This document shows positions 57,172 through 64,000 of a stretch of DNA of 64,000 nt, one piece after another. This stretch comes from Candidatus Latescibacterota bacterium (GTDB taxonomy: Bacteria; Latescibacterota; UBA2968). The notes beneath the pieces are model-generated. The model searched no databases and had not been told where the DNA came from. It worked only from the letters and a program-made list of their open reading frames with translations. The stretch spans positions 544,001 through 608,000 of the forward strand of contig OZ244960.1 of the NCBI GenBank assembly GCA_965222605.1, read 5' to 3'. The position numbers and the translations under genes were made by a program. Position 1 is the stretch's first letter; every line of letters starts with the position of its first letter.

Positions 57172-58542
57172 TTAGAGCGCCCATATAAACCGTTCCGGAT
57201 TTAAAGACGCGTACGCATCCGCGTCTCGCTCGATGGCCGCAGCCAGCGCCCCTTCGGAATGCATCAAATTGTCAACTTCGCACGGATCTTGAGTAAGGTT
57301 ATAAATTTCTGCTTTGGGCAGTCCATTGAAATAGTCGATCCTCGCTTCCAGGGACATCCGGTTCTCCGGCGGCGGCATGCACAGTTCGTGCATGTGCCGG
57401 GCCTCGTGGGTCAATTCGAACACTGCCATCCCCCGTTTGACAAACTTGTGGGTCTCCGTTCGGACTCCCAGTTCAGCAGAACGCCACCGGCCAAACTGCT
57501 TGATCACCCCGCCATGGATAAAAAGTGAGGAATGGATGCGAGCCGTTTCCCCCCGCACCAGCGGCAACCAGCTCTTTCCGTCCACCCGCTCCTGGACCGG
57601 CAGTCCGGCCAGATCCAGCAGTGTCGGCATCAGGTCGATATGGCCGGTTAAGGGCAAAATTCGTTTGCCCGGTGTGAACTCAAAATTTGCATGGGGTTTC
57701 ACGATCAAGGGCACATGGGTGTTTGCCTCGTAGGTCTCGCGATGTTCAAATGGCGAGTTATGCTCCTCCATATCCTCTCCATGGTCCCCGGTCAAAACAA
57801 TAAGCGTGTCATCGTAGATCCCCACTTCTTTCAGTTTATCAATAACCCGTCCGATTTGGTGATCTACATACGAATACTCTCCGTCGTAGAGCCCGATCTT
57901 ATCCTTCTTTTCCGTCGTCAACCGGTCTATCCATCCCCACCGCGGCAGGTACTCGCGTCCATCGGCATTCCGTTTCGCCTTCGGTTCCGGACCACCAATG
58001 TGGATCTGCCGGTATGGGTCGGGCTGATTATAGGGCTGGTGCGTATCCCAGTAATGCACAAACATAAAAAAGGGGTCTTTGCAGTAGCAATCCAGCCAGT
58101 TAAACAGCCGTGCATTGATCTGTTCGGCCAGTACCGCTGCTACAAACGGATTTTTTGGATCAAGCGTATTGATATAAAAATCGTAGCCCTTTGCAAACCA
58201 CTTGGGAATGCACCGAAACTGCAACAGGTTATCGAATGCCACGGTGGTATATCCGCCTGCGCGAAACAGCTCTGCCAGCGTGGCAGTGCGGTCGTTCAAT
58301 ACCTGATCCGGCTCATTGGGCGCGCCGGAAAGTGTGGCCACAATATCATGGGTGACGGGATACTGCCCCGTCACCAATGTGGTGAAAATCGGCATTGTAT
58401 GTCCTGTTTGCGTGATGTGATTCTCAAACAGGATGCTTTCTTCGGCAAGCGCATCGATATTCGGGCTTGTTTCCCTGTGATAACCGTAACATCCGAGGTG
58501 GTCGGCCCGCATGGTATCAACTGCGATCACAAGAATATTCAT
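57172..58542 (-). CDS. Sulfatase-like hydrolase (alkaline phosphatase superfamily), Thr at the nucleophile position
   Basis: 'DTMRADHLGCYGY...SPNID', 'HTMPIFTTLVTG', 'HYWDTHQPY', 'GDHGE', 'HVPLIV'. Confidence 0.85.
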   Translation of the reverse strand: MNILVIAVDTMRADHLGCYGYHRETSPNIDALAEESILFENHITQTGHTMPIFTTLVTGQYPVTHDIVATLSGAPNEPDQVLNDRTATLAELFRAGGYTTVAFDNLLQFRCIPKWFAKGYDFYINTLDPKNPFVAAVLAEQINARLFNWLDCYCKDPFFMFVHYWDTHQPYNQPDPYRQIHIGGPEPKAKRNADGREYLPRWGWIDRLTTEKKDKIGLYDGEYSYVDHQIGRVIDKLKEVGIYDDTLIVLTGDHGEDMEEHNSPFEHRETYEANTHVPLIVKPHANFEFTPGKRILPLTGHIDLMPTLLDLAGLPVQERVDGKSWLPLVRGETARIHSSLFIHGGVIKQFGRWRSAELGVRTETHKFVKRGMAVFELTHEARHMHELCMPPPENRMSLEARIDYFNGLPKAEIYNLTQDPCEVDNLMHSEGALAAAIERDADAYASLNPERFIWAL

Positions 58543-58553
58543 ACAGGACTCTC

Positions 58554-59870
58554 CTACTCTGGAATCTGGCCGGAGGCCTCTGCCTTCCGCAGGGCATCCA
58601 GATTTACCGTGACCTTCCGAAAAGCCTCAATATAGTGCTCAATCAACCCGCTCTGATCGCCTCGCCAGGCCACACTTCCACCGATTGTCAACTCTCTGTT
58701 TGCGCACAGGTCTTCAGCAACCGGACAGTCTCCCTCTGTATAAGACACATCTCGGTGGCCCATAGACCACGGTAGTCCGCGGCCTGAGAAATATTCCCGT
58801 TCCTGGAAGGTACGCCGCAAATGTATGGGCCGCCGCACGTAGCCCAATCCGACCGGCACGCCTTCGGCTGTCAGAGCCTTCACATAGGTTTCTCGAGAAA
58901 CGCCCACCACCTCTTCGGGTTCAAAGGTCGAACTATAGATATGGTAGATATGCTCATTCTCCGGCAACACCTCAGGTGGGTGTATTCCTGGAAATTCGCG
59001 GAGGGCTTCGGACAGGTATTCTGAATTTTTGCGCCTGTCCGCATTCCATTCGTCCAGATAATTGAGCTGCACACCTGCAATCATTGCACAGGCCGGATGC
59101 ATACGGTATGTGAAAATCAAATTGTCGCTGAGGGCCTTCAGATCTTCATCTACCAGCTCATTGCTGTGCCGTACAGGATGGTGTCCATACAGAAGCGCCT
59201 CCTGAAACTTCCGGTGGCTGTTGGTCAAAATCATGCCGCCCTCGCCACCAACCATATTCTTGCCCGACCCGATGCTAAAACATCCAAAATCTCCAAAAGT
59301 CCCCACATAACGCCCATTGTGCTTGGCGCCCACAGCCTGTGCGCAATCTTCGATCACAATCAAATCGTGTCTTTGGGCGATGTCCAAAATCGCGTCCATA
59401 TCTGCAGGATTACCAAAGATATGGACCACAACAATCGCCCTGGTATGCGACGTGATACACTGCGCGATCGAAGCGGGATCGATATTGTAAGTCTCTGGAT
59501 CAATATCGGCGAAAACAGGGATACAATTGTGCTGCAGGATACAGGAAACTGTCTGCCCCCAGGTGTAAGGAGACACAATAATCTCGTCTCCAGCCTTCGC
59601 ACCAGAAGCCATTACTGCCGTATGGAGTGCGGGCCCCCCGCCACTCATACTCAGGGCAAACTCGGCGCCCATATATTCTGCAAACCCCTTCTCCAGGGCC
59701 TCCACCGGCCCCCCACCGGCAGGCGCCGTCAGATAACGCGTATCTTCTCCGACCTGTCCCAACCCCTCTGTCACAGCTGCGATTTCTTCTTCTCCAATTG
59801 CCGGCCACTTGGGACCGGGTACAGTCACGGCCTTCGTGCCGCCCAGAATTGCCAGACTTCCGTCTTTCAT
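58554..59870 (-). CDS. DegT/DnrJ/EryC1/StrS PLP aminotransferase
   Basis: 'GDEIIV', 'VHIFGNPAD', 'IEDCAQAVGA', 'FSIGSGKNM..GEGG'. Confidence 0.9.
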   Translation of the reverse strand: MKDGSLAILGGTKAVTVPGPKWPAIGEEEIAAVTEGLGQVGEDTRYLTAPAGGGPVEALEKGFAEYMGAEFALSMSGGGPALHTAVMASGAKAGDEIIVSPYTWGQTVSCILQHNCIPVFADIDPETYNIDPASIAQCITSHTRAIVVVHIFGNPADMDAILDIAQRHDLIVIEDCAQAVGAKHNGRYVGTFGDFGCFSIGSGKNMVGGEGGMILTNSHRKFQEALLYGHHPVRHSNELVDEDLKALSDNLIFTYRMHPACAMIAGVQLNYLDEWNADRRKNSEYLSEALREFPGIHPPEVLPENEHIYHIYSSTFEPEEVVGVSRETYVKALTAEGVPVGLGYVRRPIHLRRTFQEREYFSGRGLPWSMGHRDVSYTEGDCPVAEDLCANRELTIGGSVAWRGDQSGLIEHYIEAFRKVTVNLDALRKAEASGQIPE

Positions 59871-60063
59871 TTACATTCTCTCCTTACACGCAATGTATTG
59901 GTGGGGTTGACGATTGTGACAATACAGTTCTTCAGGCCAACTCCCATGGAAGCCCGCCCTCTTCCCTGGCGCGAGCAATTTCGAGAACCCCGTCAAGATC
60001 GTCATTGCCTGCTCCTTCCCTGTGATACCAAATTGAAACGGCCCAAAGGATCTTATACCTCTA

Positions 60064-61770
60064 CTATTTGCGATTCGGCAACTTTACGGCCACGATCCCC
60101 TTTCCCTCTTCAATTATGAAAAACCGGTCTGCCGGAATATCTTCAAAGACCTCGCTTTTTTTTCTGGACCAGCGCACCTCCAGCCGGTCCACCCGAACCC
60201 TGTTTCCCAGCCCAAAATGTACCCGAAGGTCATTTTGCGACCGGTAACTCGACCCGGCCTTTACCTCCCGGATCTGCTTCAGCGTCCCTGCAACAGCCGT
60301 CACGCGGGCGCCGACTGCGCTACGGTTGGCCGTTGTCCCGACCAGCTGGATCTGGAGCCAGTGATTCTGATTGCCGGCCTGGTTTTGCAACAATGTGGGC
60401 GTCTCATCCACATTCATAATCAGAAGATCCAGATCGCCGTCGTTGTCATAATCTCCAAATGCTGCTCCTCGGCTGGATTTTCGGACTCGCATCCCATCCC
60501 CAGAAATTCCGGAAACATCTACAAAGTGGCCAGCGTCATTCCGAAAAATCTGGTTGGTCTGACCGTAGCTCTCGTTGAGGTCCGGATGTGCATCTACAGC
60601 CGGATACAGGTGACCGTTGGCCACAAAAAGATCCAGATCGCCGTCGTTGTCATAGTCCAGAAAACCCGTGCCCCAGCTAAGCGGGCGGTAGGTCGGCTGC
60701 ACAAGACCGCTCCACTCACTCACATCTTCGAAATAGGCCCCCTCAATATTTTTATACAGCGTGCTGTAGTCAAATGCGAAATTGGTGACAAAAAGATCCG
60801 TATCTCCGTCGTTGTCATAATCTCCCGCACCCACCCCCATCCCGGCCTGAGATTTCCCGGCTCTGGAAAGGGCAAGTCCTGTCCACAGGGCCATGTCCGT
60901 AAATGTCCCGTCCCCGTTGTTGCGGTAATAAAAATTGGGATTCGAATCGTTGGCCACATAAAGATCGGGCCGGCTGTCGCCATCGGCATCGGCTGCACAG
61001 ACTCCGTAGCCGTAGGAAAGGGCGGCGTCTGTCAATCCGGCCTCTTCGGTGATGTCTGTGAACGTGCCATCCCCATTGTTGCGATAAAAAATATCCGCTG
61101 CCCCATTCATCCCCATCGGACCCGTCGCGACCTTCACTGTCCCCCGCCAGAGCAGGCTCTTCTCTGCATTTCGAATATCCTCCATCGTACATGTCACATA
61201 ATTCGCCACATAGAGATCTACGTCTCCATCGGTATCAAAATCCAAAAACGCGGCATTGCCCGACCAGGCATTGCCCTGTACGCCTGCATCCTGCGCCACC
61301 TCAGCAAACGTCCCATCCCCGTTGTTGCGATAAAGCAGATTGGGGCCAAAATTAGTGACATAAAGATCTGGAGCTCCGTCGTTATTATAATCCGCAACGC
61401 AAACCCCGCCGCCCCAGCCCCGGTCTCCAACTCCGCTCAGCTCGGTCACATCCTCAAACGTCCCGTCTCTCCGGTTGCGATAAAGTGCATTGGCGCCTTT
61501 CATCTCGGGAGTGCCGTTTTTTAACGTCCAGGCATTCACAATATAAATGTCCAGAAATCCGTCTCCATCATAATCCAAAAATGCCCCGCCCGTTCCATCC
61601 GACTCAATCAAATGCTTCTTCTCTAAACCGCCGCAATGGGTTACAATATTTAATCCTGTCTTCCGGGCGACATCTACAAACCGCACGGTCAATTCTTGCC
61701 CGCTTCCTGGCTTGCCCGGCAAACCTATTAAAAAAAAGATCCATATCAGATGTCCAAAATGACGTTTCAA
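60064..61770 (-). CDS. CRTAC1-family protein (FG-GAP/VCBS repeats + ASPIC/UnbV)
   Basis: Repeated DYDNDGDxDL and 'LYRNNGDGTF' motifs; C-terminal 'SQNDLRVHFGLG...VRW'. Confidence 0.9.
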   Translation of the reverse strand: MKRHFGHLIWIFFLIGLPGKPGSGQELTVRFVDVARKTGLNIVTHCGGLEKKHLIESDGTGGAFLDYDGDGFLDIYIVNAWTLKNGTPEMKGANALYRNRRDGTFEDVTELSGVGDRGWGGGVCVADYNNDGAPDLYVTNFGPNLLYRNNGDGTFAEVAQDAGVQGNAWSGNAAFLDFDTDGDVDLYVANYVTCTMEDIRNAEKSLLWRGTVKVATGPMGMNGAADIFYRNNGDGTFTDITEEAGLTDAALSYGYGVCAADADGDSRPDLYVANDSNPNFYYRNNGDGTFTDMALWTGLALSRAGKSQAGMGVGAGDYDNDGDTDLFVTNFAFDYSTLYKNIEGAYFEDVSEWSGLVQPTYRPLSWGTGFLDYDNDGDLDLFVANGHLYPAVDAHPDLNESYGQTNQIFRNDAGHFVDVSGISGDGMRVRKSSRGAAFGDYDNDGDLDLLIMNVDETPTLLQNQAGNQNHWLQIQLVGTTANRSAVGARVTAVAGTLKQIREVKAGSSYRSQNDLRVHFGLGNRVRVDRLEVRWSRKKSEVFEDIPADRFFIIEEGKGIVAVKLPNRK

Positions 61771-61976
61771 CAGGGAGGCCTCCCTCTATCCCGCATCTGC
61801 TGTCAATTCTGCTTCCGCGATCAGTTGAGGTCGGATGCGCCTGCAGCATCCTCAAAACAGACATCGTATCTTACGGATAAACCACATATTGAGACAGCAC
61901 TTTTTCGTCCATCTCAATTCCCAGCCCCGGTCCTTCAGGGACCTGTCTTCCTTGTTTTCACATTGATCGGAAACAT

Positions 61977-63755
61977 TTACTCGTAGTAGGCTTCCACCGT
62001 CCTGGAATCGTTCTCCGCCATATCCAGCGTGAAAAGCCCATATGGCGTCCCTTTCAACCGGTTCCAGGTCCAGCAAACCGTTTCTTCATTTACCCGAACA
62101 GCCTTGAGGAATCGGCCTCCGAACCGGGCAGGCAACATCCAGGTGATCTCCACCACGGCCGATTTGCTTGAAAGGGTAAATACGAGACGGCCGCGCCGCG
62201 CGTCGTAGGCCAACCCAGCCACCTTCATCTCTCGTCGTGCATCGTTGAAGCGCACCCATGCATCGCCCCCTACCATCGGGATATTTCGCTCCCAGCAGCG
62301 TTCGGCCAGCGCTTCCAGCAGCCACATCGCCTCCCGCGTTGTGAGGCATGGGTGGAAGGATGGCTGAAAAACACCGTGGTAGCAATCTGCGCAATCGTCC
62401 AGCATTTTGAAAGCGATCTGGAGCACTTCCTCCTGGGAATATCCCGCTACCAGAAACTTGAGATCTTCAACGGATCCATCGTCGGTAATATGGGTGTTCT
62501 GTTCGTAAATATCCAGGAGCGTGCCTTTCTCATCCATAAATTTGACCGGCAGACCGCTCCCGTTCAGATAGCCGTGCCGGTAGTAGCGGCGGGGGATAAA
62601 GTTCTGGTCCATCCGCACGCCACCTGCAGATAGAAATTGAGCCATCTCCGTCCACCCCACCCAGATCAAACAGTGCCCCCGGTTGGTCAACGGCGGATAC
62701 GCGTACGTCTCTCGAAATTTTTTCATTTCCCGGTCTACCTGTGCCTTCGCATCTTCCATACCGACCTGCCAGTCCAGAATTACATGCTGTCCAAAGCTGT
62801 GCCCTTTTGTCCGAAGATCCTTTTCCAGAGAGGGCGGAACGACCTTGTGGTGCTCTTCCATCAGATAAACGGTATACTTCCCCCCGTACTTTTCCAGGGT
62901 GGAAACCACATTCAGGTACTCTTCCCGATTCATGCTGTCGCTGTCCCCATTAAAATAGGCAATACACGGGACCGCATTCGGGAAATACCATGTTCTGGGA
63001 ATCGGCCGATGGAAGCTACTCATCCAGTGGAGCATCCGGACCAGCAGGTCCTGGTGAATATCGGCCTGAGGTACGTATTTGAGGCGGGTGTCCAGGTAGT
63101 TAATAAAAAAATCATTGGGAATCCACCGATTGTCTCGATCCGGATCTGGATTGGACCCGATGCTACTGTTTTCACGCAGGCCCTGATGGAAAAGCACCGT
63201 AGAAGCGGCCAGATCGTATGCAAATGCTGCCGTATGCCCGGCGCCGAAACAGAAAGTACCCACGGCCACATACCCGGACCGCCTCTCAAGATCTCCCGAT
63301 AGGTAGGCCAAAACATCTGCTCCGCCCGAAACGTACAGATCGGCGGTGCCGTGGAACTGAAGGGTCTCGGCACCCACATCCCGGGCCAGAGGATGTTGTG
63401 GTTCAACCTGAATGTAGAGATCGTCTGCACAGCTATTGATATCGTTATTGACCTCAAGTCCGAAAAGATCCACCATCTCACCGGGCGGGCGCAAACCGAT
63501 TAGATTACCTCCGTCCTGAACGTAGCGACGCATACAGGCCTGCTGTTTGGATGAAACCCGGATGTTTGTCAGAATGACGATATCGTATAGCTTCAACTCG
63601 GCCTCGGATAAATCCGAAACAGACAGATCCTTAACCTCGTAGGCGAAGATCCCTTCAACATCCAGAATCTCCAGAATATAAGAGGCAAACCGATTGGAGG
63701 CCGTACAATCTGTCAGCACCAGAATGGGCTGTTCGACCGGATGCTCGTCAGCCAT
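61977..63755 (-). CDS. Hypothetical protein, GATase1-like N-terminus plus polysaccharide-deacetylase-like barrel
   Basis: 'YVQDGGNLI' GATase-like motif; 'GDSD', 'GHSFGQH', 'NRGHCL', 'SFHP' resemble NodB/GH57-like barrels. Confidence 0.5.
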   Translation of the reverse strand: MADEHPVEQPILVLTDCTASNRFASYILEILDVEGIFAYEVKDLSVSDLSEAELKLYDIVILTNIRVSSKQQACMRRYVQDGGNLIGLRPPGEMVDLFGLEVNNDINSCADDLYIQVEPQHPLARDVGAETLQFHGTADLYVSGGADVLAYLSGDLERRSGYVAVGTFCFGAGHTAAFAYDLAASTVLFHQGLRENSSIGSNPDPDRDNRWIPNDFFINYLDTRLKYVPQADIHQDLLVRMLHWMSSFHRPIPRTWYFPNAVPCIAYFNGDSDSMNREEYLNVVSTLEKYGGKYTVYLMEEHHKVVPPSLEKDLRTKGHSFGQHVILDWQVGMEDAKAQVDREMKKFRETYAYPPLTNRGHCLIWVGWTEMAQFLSAGGVRMDQNFIPRRYYRHGYLNGSGLPVKFMDEKGTLLDIYEQNTHITDDGSVEDLKFLVAGYSQEEVLQIAFKMLDDCADCYHGVFQPSFHPCLTTREAMWLLEALAERCWERNIPMVGGDAWVRFNDARREMKVAGLAYDARRGRLVFTLSSKSAVVEITWMLPARFGGRFLKAVRVNEETVCWTWNRLKGTPYGLFTLDMAENDSRTVEAYYE

Positions 63756-63779
63756 AGAAATTTCCTTTCGCGGGAGTGA

Positions 63780-64000
63780 TTAAACCGTAAACAGGTCCGC
63801 CAGAGTAAAATCTTGCGAAAAATCCGGCACATCCTCGTAGGCAATTCGATAACACCGGTAAACGCCCTCCTCCATGCGTTTCATCCCCCGGTAACGGAAC
63901 TGCCCCATATAGCCGTTGATGTACTCCCAAACCAGTTCCCCTCCGGGTGTGATCTCAAACAGCCGGCCCATATTGGAGTCCAGGGAAAGTGTATTGCCGT
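63780..64000 (-). CDS. Arylsulfotransferase (ASST)-like protein, C-terminal part
   Basis: Reads NGNTLSLDSNMGRLFEITPGGELVWEYIN...VYRCYR; 5' part lies outside the window. Confidence 0.7.
   Translation of the reverse strand, partial: GNTLSLDSNMGRLFEITPGGELVWEYINGYMGQFRYRGMKRMEEGVYRCYRIAYEDVPDFSQDFTLADLFTV

Overview
Bacterial genomic window with no rRNA, tRNA or CRISPR visible. Gene content suggests an FCB-group lineage such as Latescibacterota/Gemmatimonadota, possibly a sponge symbiont; this is inferred from PorV and T9SS-like CTD proteins, GWxTD proteins, many PhyH genes and a cadherin/FN3/LRR/YWTD adhesin. The dominant structure is a ~10-11 kb five-gene outer-membrane cassette present twice (~6060-16395 and ~29035-40290). 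Each copy has a minus-strand operon (small beta-barrel OMP > TonB-dependent receptor > ~830 aa secreted protein with a T9SS-like C-terminal domain > PorV-family barrel) converging on a TPR/GWxTD-domain gene, with conserved promoters and a position-conserved mRNA hairpin. Copy 2 carries an intact IS5 (IS1031-type) insertion. Between the copies lie a frameshifted, truncated, chimeric adhesin bounded by an 11-bp direct repeat, two tandem LacI genes with a duplicated 73-bp structured element, a TPR-FGE-domain/diheme-peroxidase pair behind a poly-C promoter, and an Ogl-like propeller protein. The remainder is accessory catabolic and modifying enzymes: DUF6785 transporters, a multiheme cytochrome, PhyH dioxygenases (some with non-canonical metal motifs), a Thr-type sulfatase-like protein, a DegT aminotransferase, a CRTAC1/ASPIC protein and an arylsulfotransferase. 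All family calls are from motif recognition only; no searches were run.
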